Source: Planctomycetota bacterium (lineage in GTDB: Bacteria > Planctomycetota > PLA2 > JAEUHO01). Taken from it: a stretch of 64,000 bases of DNA. The number at the start of each line of letters is the position of its first letter. The stretch's first letter is position 1. Below are positions 38,692 through 48,323 of this stretch, one piece after another. Position numbers and translations under genes: made by a program. The DNA lies in NCBI GenBank assembly GCA_965222115.1, contig CBDCTJ010000003.1, positions 64,001 through 128,000 on the forward strand. Direction: 5' to 3'. The notes below the pieces were generated by a model. It did not search any database. It was not told the DNA's origin and worked only from the letters and a program-made list of their open reading frames with translations.

Positions 38692-40000
38692 AGCGCAACG
38701 CCTTTACGGGATCCATGCGTGCGGCGCGCATGGCGGGCACGAGACCTGCGATAAACGAAATCAAAATGCTGCCCGCCACTATGGTTAGCACGCTGGGCCA
38801 ATCCCAAATCGCCGGAATCTCACGGAAGTGATACACATCGGCGGGGAACAATCGAACGTTGAAGGTCTTCTCTAAGAACGTGCGCACGGCATTGACGTTG
38901 GCTGTGAACCACGCACCGAGTGCGAGTCCCAATCCGGCGCCAATGATTCCTATAAACAGCCCGTTAAACAAAAATACCGTGAGTATGCCACCCTTGGTTG
39001 CACCGAGCGCCCCCACAATGCCGATGTCGCGCGTCTTTTCAACCACCGTGAGCGTGAGCGTGGCCAAGATGATGAAGCCCGCTAGCAGCACAATGAACGA
39101 CAGCACAATGACGAGCAGCACCTTCTCCTGGTTGACTTGCTCCAAGAACTTCTTACGCATGTCCTCCCACGTGAACACACCGTAGGCGGGATAGCGGTTC
39201 TTGAGCGATGCCTGGACTTCACGGGCTTGTTCATAGTCTTTGAGCTTGACGCGCACTTCCAAGTAGGGCACATCCAGGTTTGCCATTTCCCGTAGGTCAT
39301 TGATGTCAAAGTAGAGCACGTGGTCATCGACCATCGCATCGTGCGAATCGTAGACCCCCGTGATCATCAAGTTGCGACTCTGTGCGTGAAAGCGCGGTTC
39401 ATTCGTTTCAGGATCTTCATCCACAAGCGCAAACTGAATGGTGAGGCGCGTCTCCTCTTCGACCAGCGCCGGGTAGTCCCCTTCACGCTGCAAGAAATCC
39501 TTTACGAACTGGCGTCCCACAATCACGGTTTTGATCTCGCGGCGCTTGGCCCGCTCGTTGTAAAAAGGCCGGTCCTTGTCGCCCGCGATGAGATTCGCGC
39601 GGATCTCGGAAACGTGACGCTCCTTCTCCCAGTCAACGCCAATGGCCTTCATCTGATGGAGATTGCGATTCTGGAGTCGAAACGCGCTGATGCGCTTGCT
39701 TTCGTAAGGGTAAGCCACCGGCAGGTTGACTTGCGGACTGGCCGCGACCACGCTCGGCTCCTCCTGTTTGAGTTGAGCCTCAAGGCGTTCAAAGGCATGC
39801 AACCCGTCTTTGTCGGGGTACATGACAATGTGGGAGAGATTGCCGCGCACCACGGTGCGTACACGCTCTTGGAATCCGTCCATGATCGAAACGACGGATA
39901 TCAACACGGCCACGCTGGCGGCCACACCCGCGATCGAGATGAGATTGACGAGCCGGCTCCGCAGATAACGCAGGGCGAGGAACAGACGGTACACGCACAT
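38684..40000 (-). CDS. Lipoprotein-releasing ABC transporter permease (LolC/E family)
   Basis: FLALRYL, SIMDGF, EKTRDIG, PAMRAARMDPVKALRYE. Confidence 0.85.
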   Translation of the reverse strand: MCVYRLFLALRYLRSRLVNLISIAGVAASVAVLISVVSIMDGFQERVRTVVRGNLSHIVMYPDKDGLHAFERLEAQLKQEEPSVVAASPQVNLPVAYPYESKRISAFRLQNRNLHQMKAIGVDWEKERHVSEIRANLIAGDKDRPFYNERAKRREIKTVIVGRQFVKDFLQREGDYPALVEEETRLTIQFALVDEDPETNEPRFHAQSRNLMITGVYDSHDAMVDDHVLYFDINDLREMANLDVPYLEVRVKLKDYEQAREVQASLKNRYPAYGVFTWEDMRKKFLEQVNQEKVLLVIVLSFIVLLAGFIILATLTLTVVEKTRDIGIVGALGATKGGILTVFLFNGLFIGIIGAGLGLALGAWFTANVNAVRTFLEKTFNVRLFPADVYHFREIPAIWDWPSVLTIVAGSILISFIAGLVPAMRAARMDPVKALRYE

Positions 40001-40159
40001 CGCTCCGGTGCGTGCCCACCGCGGACGACGCGTGGGTGAACCTACTCGCTGTCCTGAATCCTACGGCGTCATTTTCCGGCAAATTCGCGGGGCTCAATCT
40101 GCCGCGTACGTGTGACTCAGATACGCTCTCCCCCGATGCGAATCAATCACGGGAGCGAA

Positions 40160-41434
40160 TCAATCACCCATCACGCGCTTGAGCGAGCGGAACACCTGCA
40201 GATACTCGTTGACGGGAAGCTCACTACGGCTGAGTAATCGCACATGGACCTCGGGCAGATCTTCGCAACTGAGCACGGTTCGGCATGCATTGCGCCGCAG
40301 ACGAATCTGATTGGCATCGGCGCTGGCCTTCTTTTCGGATTCCTCGATGGTGACGGGCGAGGACTCGCCGCAACCCTTCTTCTGATCGGTTGTATCCGTC
40401 TTGGCGTAGTACTGACGAATGCGATCCATGTCGGAAGGTGGCGCGAAACAGATCGAGATTGCCCCCAGCCCATCGGAATAGGTCAAGGTGGCCATTTTGA
40501 CCCGCGCCTGCGCCTTTTCGTCTTGCGTGGGCTCAGATTGATCGCAGCACGAAGGCATGCGGTAGCGCAGAGGCTTCTCACTGTAGTCGGCCCGAATGAG
40601 CACATAGCCCTTGGGTAAATACTTAGGCTGATACACAGGAAACGGAGCCTTAAGCGCGCGTTCGATGCGTGCCGCAGTCGCGCCAATGCCCTTCAAGGCC
40701 GGTACGGCAAGTGCCTTTTCGCCAAGGACACGGGGATTGAATGGGCCGGTCCCATCATCGAGATGAGTCACACGACGCAACAGGTGGCCGGACGACGTGT
40801 GATCTTCGACGCGCAGTACATGCTTTCCATCGGGTGAAAACCAAACGCACCGGCGCGCCGGACCGTTTGAACTGTCTTTGTGGGCCCAACTCAGTCGTAT
40901 GGCGTCGTCACCGTGTTCGAGCGACTCACAGACGACATCCTTGGTGCGCCTGTAGTTGTGAAAAAACAGATACGGGGCGGGCTTGAAGAAAAGTCGTGCA
41001 ATGCGCAAGCTGGAAAGAGGACATACCGCGCAAGGTTGGCCGTTCTTTAGGCAGTCGGCAACCAGCACCACGCCTTCCTGCGTTGGATGATCGGCGAGAT
41101 ACCAGCGTTGGGACTTAGTGGGTGTCTCCACCTGCCACGTACCCACCTCGGGTCCGTGTTCGAGAAACCGTCCAAGCGCAAGCTCGCATCGGTCAATGAG
41201 TTCCGCCGACACAGGTTTCGCGGACGCGGGGGAGCCGGCCTTGCGCGCCGCGCCATTTGACTTTGCGTCCCTGGCATTTGAGTTCTGGGCTTTCGGATCC
41301 CGGGTTTTCGACTCGTCGCAACCCGTCATGAACGACGGTGCCAACAACAAGAGGACGACAAGCCCGATGCCGCGCGCATACGACCATCGCAAACGTCGTG
41401 GTGTCGCTACCGGTTCGGGTTGAGAGTTTGCCAT
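40160..41434 (-). CDS. Putative lipoprotein with MucB/RseB-like C-terminal region
   Basis: MTGC lipobox; PKYLPKGY and YSDGLGAISI motifs recall RseB/MucB. Confidence 0.55.
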   Translation of the reverse strand: MANSQPEPVATPRRLRWSYARGIGLVVLLLLAPSFMTGCDESKTRDPKAQNSNARDAKSNGAARKAGSPASAKPVSAELIDRCELALGRFLEHGPEVGTWQVETPTKSQRWYLADHPTQEGVVLVADCLKNGQPCAVCPLSSLRIARLFFKPAPYLFFHNYRRTKDVVCESLEHGDDAIRLSWAHKDSSNGPARRCVWFSPDGKHVLRVEDHTSSGHLLRRVTHLDDGTGPFNPRVLGEKALAVPALKGIGATAARIERALKAPFPVYQPKYLPKGYVLIRADYSEKPLRYRMPSCCDQSEPTQDEKAQARVKMATLTYSDGLGAISICFAPPSDMDRIRQYYAKTDTTDQKKGCGESSPVTIEESEKKASADANQIRLRRNACRTVLSCEDLPEVHVRLLSRSELPVNEYLQVFRSLKRVMGD

Positions 41435-41638
41435 CTAGAACTAGGCATCCTTACGAGTGCTTGTGCCCCCAACGCGCGAGAGCCTGGGGGCCTTGAGATT
41501 CCTTTGCGCGAAGCGCAATCCACGGATTCTACGACGACCGCGTGCGATCACGTCAACTCAGACCGGCAGCCCGGCGAAGACTCTGATTACCCGCGTTTGA
41601 CGAGCGGGAGGGCCTAGCGGCCCCACTGCGTTACGAGC

Positions 41639-42181
41639 CTAGCGGCCCCACTCCGCTACGAGGCGCGTGGGTGCATTGCCCACCTCATCAAACATCTCGA
41701 TCTCGTCCATGAGCACCATGTCGGGATCCGAAACGACCACAAAATTGCCTTCAGTGACACCGGCGGCGTAGCTGGTGGAGTCGGCTGAGGGACGACGGTC
41801 GAGACGCTCACCGCTCAACGAATAGGTGCCCACGCCAATGAGCGCGACGGCCGCCGCAGCGAAAGCTGCTCTCAGCCACCCGTCTCCCAACCACCCGTCT
41901 CCAAACCATGCGGCGCGGCGCTTGGGAAAGGCAAACACACGACCTTCACTCAGGCCAAACTCGTCTTTGAACGCGGACGCAGAATCCAATGGGGCTGTGT
42001 ACAGATATCGGGGCGCCTTCGAAAAGGCCAACGCAAGCGATTGCTCATCGCGAGAAAGGTCGGCTGCCAGCCCGTCGGTTGCCAGCCCGTTCTTGGAATC
42101 TGAATTCTTGGAATTGGGGCCCGATCCTCTGGACTCTTCTTCAGGCATACGAGACCCAGTCGACTCTTGCATACGAGGCAT
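41639..42181 (-). CDS. Hypothetical single-TM protein
   Basis: One hydrophobic helix (AAFAAAAVALIGVG); start uncertain. Confidence 0.55.
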   Translation of the reverse strand: MPRMQESTGSRMPEEESRGSGPNSKNSDSKNGLATDGLAADLSRDEQSLALAFSKAPRYLYTAPLDSASAFKDEFGLSEGRVFAFPKRRAAWFGDGWLGDGWLRAAFAAAAVALIGVGTYSLSGERLDRRPSADSTSYAAGVTEGNFVVVSDPDMVLMDEIEMFDEVGNAPTRLVAEWGR

Positions 42182-42465
42182 TCTCCAACATCAGCGCGCT
42201 TGCCGAGATCCTATCCGCCGCATCGGCATTGGACTCGACTTGCGATCCGATATGAGCTTCGCCTACCGAAAAGGCGGGGACACCCGGGTTGTGGGGTCCG
42301 AGCAGTAGGACGGGATGGGGCGGGTGGATGTTCCGCCCGCAGGGGGCACAGAATGGCGATTCGGGGCGAATTTGCGGCCTGGACGACCGTCGGAATCGCT
42401 CGTACCGAACGAGGCAACTTCCGGCATCGGTGAAACCGAGAATCCGATGCTCGGGGAGGGATTCC

Positions 42466-42493
42466 TTGACCCGCCGCGGGCACGATCTACCTT
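42466..42493 (+). promoter_or_regulatory. Candidate sigma70 promoter of rplC
   Basis: TTGACC-16 bp-TACCTT about 80 bp upstream of ATG 42576. Confidence 0.45.
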
Positions 42494-42575
42494 TCGCCGT
42501 TCGGCGTGGATACCTCGCGCTCGTTTTCCCCGCGCTCGTGTTTCTCGCAATACGGGCGCCCCGGAGATTTCCGAC

Positions 42576-43235
42576 ATGCCAACCATCATCGACAAGGGCA
42601 TCCTCGGCCTCAAGCTTGGCATGACGCGCGTATTCCTCGAGGACGGCACGGCCATGGCCTGCACACTCGTGGAGGCGGGCCCCTGCAAAGTTGTGCAACG
42701 CAAGACCTTGGCAAGCGACGGGTACGACGCCATTCAGCTTGGCTTTGGCGAGAAGCGCGAAAAGCTTGTCAGCAAGCCTATGAAGGGGCACTACAAGAAG
42801 GCTGGGGTCGATGCACTGCGACACATTCGCGAAGTGCGACTCGTGAGCGATGCAGAGAACGCGCCGGAAGTCGGTTCAAGCATTACCTGCGATATCTTTT
42901 CCGAAGGTGAGTACGTGGATGTCATTGGCACCATGAAAGGCCGAGGGTTTGCCGGTGTCGTCAAGCGCCATGGATTTGCAACACTCAAAGAGTCTCATGG
43001 TTCTCACTTCTTTGTGCGTCACGCGGGTTCCATTGGTAGCCGTAAGCCGCAGCACACGTTGCGCGGAACACGCATGGGTGGGCAGTACGGCAACAGCCGT
43101 ATCACGGTCCAGAACCTCGAAATCTTGCGAGTGGATGCCGAAAAGAACCTGCTCTACATCAAGGGTGCGATTCCTGGTGCCCCCAAAGGCCTAGTGCTGA
43201 TTCGGACCGCGAAGAAGAAGACCGCGAAAGCGTAG
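42576..43235 (+). CDS. rplC: 50S ribosomal protein L3 (stand-alone)
   Basis: GILGLKLGMT, DGYDAIQLG, KGRGFAGVVKRHGF, GSIG, KGAIPG; ATG after GGAG. Confidence 0.95.
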   Translation: MPTIIDKGILGLKLGMTRVFLEDGTAMACTLVEAGPCKVVQRKTLASDGYDAIQLGFGEKREKLVSKPMKGHYKKAGVDALRHIREVRLVSDAENAPEVGSSITCDIFSEGEYVDVIGTMKGRGFAGVVKRHGFATLKESHGSHFFVRHAGSIGSRKPQHTLRGTRMGGQYGNSRITVQNLEILRVDAEKNLLYIKGAIPGAPKGLVLIRTAKKKTAKA

Positions 43236-43297
43236 TGTTCAATCTGCTTGGTGGAAGATCGAATCTTGCATCGCAATACGACGAGCGTGATCGAGAG

Positions 43298-43981
43298 TTA
43301 GATTCCCGTCAAAAGCCGGTTCTTCACGTAGTTCACGCCTTTGGCTGTGAGCGACCACAGTTCGTCTTCGTCGGCGTCCACTTCCAACCAGCGCTTGCGC
43401 GTGGTGAGATCGGCAAGGGTCTCACTCAGTCCGTCGGGCTCCGGCAGATGAAGTGTACGAAAGAAGCCTCGTAGTTCTTCGGCGTCAAAGCGCTCCTGTT
43501 TCTCATAGTTCCACAGATAGAACGCAAAGGCCATGATGCGGCGCTCGTCGGTCGACGCGCGCTCGCCAATCTGCATGACGTACTGGCGGAATCGATCGGG
43601 CGCCTGGGGCACAAACTCATTCGTGGGATTGCGTGTTTCAACACCCAATTCAGCAGGCGACGACGCAACCCCATTGGCGGACTCGGGTAAACGTGCTGAG
43701 CCCTCGTCGGTGGCGACCGAGGCGTCCTCCACCCGCAATCGATTGGCAGGCTCGGCAGCGGCCACATCCTCGCGCACAGCGTGCGTGCCGCCCTCGCGTG
43801 ATGACCCGAGGGGCGCAGCGCTTTCAGTCGCTTCCTCCCTTTGCTTGCTCACGGAGCGACGAGCCGCGAGCTGGTAGGTCGCGGTGACAAGCGGCTCGAT
43901 GAGGCGCGCATAGAACGCCTGACTACCCTCAAAGGCCAGGTGCACCCCGCCCATGTCCACGCGGACGTTGACTTCGGCCAT
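43298..43981 (-). CDS. Hypothetical protein, possible C-terminal winged helix
   Basis: ATG after GGGAG; folded N- and C-terminal parts separated by a low-complexity linker; WSLTAKG wing-like motif. Confidence 0.6.
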   Translation of the reverse strand: MAEVNVRVDMGGVHLAFEGSQAFYARLIEPLVTATYQLAARRSVSKQREEATESAAPLGSSREGGTHAVREDVAAAEPANRLRVEDASVATDEGSARLPESANGVASSPAELGVETRNPTNEFVPQAPDRFRQYVMQIGERASTDERRIMAFAFYLWNYEKQERFDAEELRGFFRTLHLPEPDGLSETLADLTTRKRWLEVDADEDELWSLTAKGVNYVKNRLLTGI

Positions 43982-44192
43982 GGTTTGAAAACTCCCTGAA
44001 GCGACGTCGCGGGCGGAGCCACGCGCTGCTTCCTTCCGTGCATTCCAGAGTACCCGCGCGTTCCCGCGCAGGTGGACTCGCACAGACCCATATTTTCCCA
44101 TTCGTGCCGCGAGTGTAAGCTCTTTGTTCCCTTGCAATTAGGACCGCCTCCTCGCATTCTTGCCCTCCCCCGGAGGTAGACCAAAGGCACGC

Positions 44193-45134
44193 ATGCGCGA
44201 ATTTCCCTGGCCCGAAATGAAGTCTGAGCGGCGTCCTAACAAGACGCTTCGGTCAATCTTGGACTACCTCCATTGGATCGCGGGTGAATTGCTCACACCG
44301 GGGTTTTACTCGGGCTCCATTCGGATGCACTGGGCGCGTCAAGTTGAGAAGGCCTATCGAGCCATGTTCATCCCCATGATGGTGGACCATGGCGATCCGT
44401 ATCCGCCGGCCGTCCCCGCCGCCGTCAATCCGGGCACATGGCCTGACTTTCCAAGCGCTTCGATTCCGGGCATGACGCTTCGCCACCAAATCTCTGTGTT
44501 GCACCGGGTTTTCGAGGATCTCCGTGACCGAACGACACCGTTGTTGCGCCCGCGACACGTTCGGGAGTGGGATCGACGCCTCTCGTTGGCGTACGAAGCG
44601 CTTTGGCACGGCGAAGCCCACACGATGCCTGATGAGGCCAAGACGGAGACCAAGGACCACGGCATCAAACAGGCGCGCAAAGTCAACGCCTCCGCCAAGG
44701 CCTTGGCGGAAAAGCGCGCGGCCGAGATGCGCAAGAGCATGACGGGAAAGTTCCAGCCCGCGTCGGTCGAACTCAAAAAGCAGGAAGCTGCGCGTCTTGC
44801 CGCCCAGCGTCGGGAGGCGGCCAAGCTAGAAGCCGCAGCAGCAAAGAAAAAGGCCGCGAAGAAGCGATCACCTAGGAAGAAAAAAGTAGCCAAGAAGGCT
44901 GCTAAGAAGAAGATCGCGAAGAAAGCAACGTCTAGCAAGAAGGCCAAAGCAAAGGGCGCGGCGAAGAAGCCTGCTGCCAAGAAGAAGGCCGTCAAGAAGA
45001 AGGCCCCAAAGAAAGTTGCGAAAAAGACGTCGAAGAAACGTGCCGCGCTAAAGAAGAACGCTGCGGTGAAGAAGCGCGCAGCATCCAAGAAAAAGGCAGC
45101 GAAGCGCAAGACGACTAGAAAGACGAAGAGCTAG
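44193..45134 (+). CDS. Protein with Lys/Ala-rich histone H1-like C-terminal tail
   Basis: Long KKAAKK-type tail; globular N-terminal part. Confidence 0.75.
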   Translation: MREFPWPEMKSERRPNKTLRSILDYLHWIAGELLTPGFYSGSIRMHWARQVEKAYRAMFIPMMVDHGDPYPPAVPAAVNPGTWPDFPSASIPGMTLRHQISVLHRVFEDLRDRTTPLLRPRHVREWDRRLSLAYEALWHGEAHTMPDEAKTETKDHGIKQARKVNASAKALAEKRAAEMRKSMTGKFQPASVELKKQEAARLAAQRREAAKLEAAAAKKKAAKKRSPRKKKVAKKAAKKKIAKKATSSKKAKAKGAAKKPAAKKKAVKKKAPKKVAKKTSKKRAALKKNAAVKKRAASKKKAAKRKTTRKTKS

Positions 45135-46075
45135 CTGGCGAGCCCCAACGACTTCAGATCTTTGTTTTCAAGCGGGCGGACGAACGCCATGGTGAGCAAG
45201 AGATCGTCCCCTTTGCCGCCATACTCGACGCCGCACACGCGCATAAGGCCCGACCAAAGTTCACGCACTTGGCTTCGCGCCGTGAACTGTACAACTTCCC
45301 CATACGTCTCGGCAAACTCGTAGGCCGCACGCATCAAGGCTCCCTCACCCTCTTCCACATCCAACCTGCGCAGGCCATCGGTTACGCGCACAAGAATCGC
45401 GTGAGGGGTCAAGGTATCGGTAACGCACTCCAAGCGAGGTCCCACCTGATCGCGTCGGTGGGTGATGGTGCCGGCGAAACTCTGTCGGGGTCGCGCAACA
45501 ATCAAGCGCTTGCCCTTGTTCGCGACGTCGGCATCGTCTTCAATGTTGATTGTTCGCTCGTGATCGGGACGCGACACATCTTTGACCCCCTCGGCAACAT
45601 CATGCGCGCGAGGAAGTTTGGACCATTCAAGGGGTCGCCGGGGTGCTTCTGGATCCGTGGCGGCCGGGAGGGCGACTCCAATTCGGCCCGCCTCTGCCTG
45701 GGAGAGGGCGTCCGAAAACGCGCAACCCAGATCGATGAAACCGGGCGCGTCATTTGGGATCGACATCCGTACCAAAATGAGCTCACGGGAGACTGCATCG
45801 CCGTGGGTATCGCCCCCGCCAAGTCGAGCGTCGAGACGCGATCCGAATGTGGTGGAGATGGCGCTCGCGACATCCGCGAGGCCGCGCTGCCCACTAACAC
45901 CGAGGTCTTCGACGCTCACGCGAATGCGCGCGCCGCGATGGCTAACATCACGCAAGCGCACTTGGTAGTCCCCACCCGAAGCCAGGATCAGGGCGGGAAT
46001 ATCGCAGAGGATGCGGTCACTGCCGCGCTGGGAAAGCATGGAATAGCCCACGGGAAACTCCGAATCGGGAGGCAA
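45131..46075 (-). CDS. PilZ-like domain protein (tandem)
   Basis: QRGSDR and DVSHRGA (RxxxR, DxSxxG); degenerate second copy RPRQ...DTLT. Confidence 0.6.
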   Translation of the reverse strand: MPPDSEFPVGYSMLSQRGSDRILCDIPALILASGGDYQVRLRDVSHRGARIRVSVEDLGVSGQRGLADVASAISTTFGSRLDARLGGGDTHGDAVSRELILVRMSIPNDAPGFIDLGCAFSDALSQAEAGRIGVALPAATDPEAPRRPLEWSKLPRAHDVAEGVKDVSRPDHERTINIEDDADVANKGKRLIVARPRQSFAGTITHRRDQVGPRLECVTDTLTPHAILVRVTDGLRRLDVEEGEGALMRAAYEFAETYGEVVQFTARSQVRELWSGLMRVCGVEYGGKGDDLLLTMAFVRPLENKDLKSLGLAS

Positions 46076-46154
46076 GACGCCGTGCTCCCCTATCGGCCAG
46101 ATTCCCTTCCGGGCGTGAGTGCGGCGCCGTGGCGGCCCTTCCGAACGGATGAGC

Positions 46155-47300
46155 CTACTTTTTGGTGAACATCAAAAAGGTATTGTTCTCGTGAACGTCG
46201 GCCGTGTCGGTGCCCTCGCGAATCGGCAAGAACTCACATTCTTCGGAATGGTAGTAGCGCGCGTCCAAGTCTAGATACTCGGCCATGGCCGTGATCGTGG
46301 GGGCTTGCCAACCAATCCATCCGTCATAGTTAAACAACACACGGCGGTCTTCTTTGTCCCACGTGACCAATTCGAAATCCATCTCGTTGGTGAGGGGGTT
46401 GCACGGCGACGACTCGCCGTCTTCCAATGCGACTTTGAACCCGGCGGCCCTTTGCTCCTTGCGCGTGAGTTTATCGATCTCCGGCTCCTCGGCCATCGTG
46501 TAGGGCTCGGCGACCTCAACCATGAGGTAGTCCGTATAGGTCGTCCCCCACTGAAGGATCGACATGAGTTCTTTCACGTTGAAGAAATTTTGGCTCTGCT
46601 TACCCACGTAGCTAAGTGACTTGCCTTCCGACGCCTCGCGAACCTCTTTCCACGTCTGCTCGTGCACCGCATTGCCAATGATGTAGGTGTACTCGGAACC
46701 CGGCAGCCACTGGCGCGAGGCAACATGACGTTCGGCGTCCTTGTCCAAGTCAAACATTACGTACTTGAAGTTGGGGCGATGAAAGTGACCGGAGTAACAG
46801 AACTCCGCTGTCCCCGCCAATGGCTCCACGACCGTCTTGACGTCACGGCAATGATCGGTGAGCAGGAAGTCCTCGATGGAATAGTCCCACGTTCCGAGCA
46901 CGGACGAATACACCATGTAGGGATCCAGCGCTTCCAATCCACCTTCTTGGTAGGCCGTGATGTAGTCGTAGTCTTCCACAAAGGGTGAATCGAAGCACTT
47001 CATCCAGCATTCTTCGCCGAAATCGTGAAATCCGCGCTTTGCAATGGTTTTCCAGTAATCCAGTTTGTTGGCTTTGCCCTTGATCTTGACGTTATTGGCC
47101 TCGAAGCCGCGTCGTACCAACGGATGGATGCGCGTAATAAGTGCCGCCAACTCGTCGGTGGGAAGACGTCCAAGATTGGCATCGCCCTTCATTTCGATCC
47201 AATCGGGCTTCTGTCGACCGCCACTCTCAATCTGCTTGAGCAAGGCATCGAGCCCGCGCATGCTTCGAACTTTTTCCGTGTCGTACGTAATCTCTGCCAC
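46155..47300 (-). CDS. Hypothetical protein with class I SAM-methyltransferase-like motifs
   Basis: VVEPLAGTAEF (motif I-like), YVMFDLD, IIGNA; GTG 47300 after AGGAG. Confidence 0.55.
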   Translation of the reverse strand: MAEITYDTEKVRSMRGLDALLKQIESGGRQKPDWIEMKGDANLGRLPTDELAALITRIHPLVRRGFEANNVKIKGKANKLDYWKTIAKRGFHDFGEECWMKCFDSPFVEDYDYITAYQEGGLEALDPYMVYSSVLGTWDYSIEDFLLTDHCRDVKTVVEPLAGTAEFCYSGHFHRPNFKYVMFDLDKDAERHVASRQWLPGSEYTYIIGNAVHEQTWKEVREASEGKSLSYVGKQSQNFFNVKELMSILQWGTTYTDYLMVEVAEPYTMAEEPEIDKLTRKEQRAAGFKVALEDGESSPCNPLTNEMDFELVTWDKEDRRVLFNYDGWIGWQAPTITAMAEYLDLDARYYHSEECEFLPIREGTDTADVHENNTFLMFTKK

Positions 47301-47444
47301 AGAAGACTCCTGGGCGTCCCACACGCACGTGGGATGCGGCGAGAGTGTCGGAGCGCGCGCGGTGAGTTGCAAGAAAAGGGGGGCACAACTTCACGTGTCA
47401 ATTCAAGACGGTTGGGGCGGGTGGTGCGATGTAGGATTCCCGCC

Positions 47445-48227
47445 ATGCATCGATCACTTGAAGGACAGGTCGCACTGGTCACCGGCAGCACGCGCGGCAT
47501 TGGCAAAGCCATCGCGCTGCGTCTTGCCCACGCCGGCTGCCACCTCATGATTCATGGTCGCGCGCACAGCGCGTATGCCTCAGAAACCGTTGATGCGGTC
47601 AAAGCGTTGGGCGTGAAGGTGGCATTCGCCCCTGCCGATGTGGGCAACAAGGACGACGTCCGTACGCTGATGGACGTCGTCAAATCCACCTTTGGGCGCC
47701 TGGATGTGCTCGTGCTCAATGCGGCGCGCGCGCCCTTCAAGACGAGCGACAAACTTCTCGAACGCGACTTACGCCAGTTGGTTGCCACCAACTTTCTCGG
47801 CCCCCACTTCTGCGTTCAACTCGGCCTTCCCCTCCTGCGTGACGACACCGTCACGCGAGACCGTCAAGGTCGCATTGTGTTCATTTCGAGCCTGGGTTCG
47901 CGATACATGAACGAGAAGTACCCACTCGGTGCCATGAAGGCCGCCATGGAGGCGCAAGTACGACAGTGGGACGAGGAGTTTCGCGATTTCGGTGTTCGCG
48001 CCAACGCGGTTTGCGCGGGCCTCGTGAAAACCGACGCCTACAAGACGTTGCGGCGGCTCTGGGATGAGTTGGCGCGCTTGCCGGAGCCGTTTTTCGTGCA
48101 ACCCGAGCAGGTGGCGTCCGCCGTCGCCTTCCTGGCCGGCCCCGAGAGCGACGCCGTTCGTGGCCAAACCCTGGTCGTGGACCAGGGGCTGAGCAATCGT
48201 CTCATGCGCCCTCTGCCCGACGCGTAG
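47445..48227 (+). CDS. SDR, FabL-like enoyl-ACP reductase
   Basis: TGSTRGIG, VLNAA, ISSLGS, YPLGAMKAAME, QTLVVDQG. Confidence 0.7.
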   Translation: MHRSLEGQVALVTGSTRGIGKAIALRLAHAGCHLMIHGRAHSAYASETVDAVKALGVKVAFAPADVGNKDDVRTLMDVVKSTFGRLDVLVLNAARAPFKTSDKLLERDLRQLVATNFLGPHFCVQLGLPLLRDDTVTRDRQGRIVFISSLGSRYMNEKYPLGAMKAAMEAQVRQWDEEFRDFGVRANAVCAGLVKTDAYKTLRRLWDELARLPEPFFVQPEQVASAVAFLAGPESDAVRGQTLVVDQGLSNRLMRPLPDA

Positions 48228-48323
48228 CGGCCCGGGAACAAACCGCGTCCCAAGCAATCGATAGGTGGATGTTGCATTGGCCTCCACGGGTGGTTTCATA
48301 CCCCTCGTTTCCCGGAGGTCCTT

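Noticed and set aside
42315-42575. 87-codon N-terminal extension of L3
   Set aside because: Not L3-like; a good RBS and ATG lie at 42576 and a promoter candidate falls inside the extension
44354-45109. 251-aa Phe/Ala/Leu-rich ORF that looks like a membrane protein
   Set aside because: Antisense shadow of the AAG/GCC-rich H1-like tail
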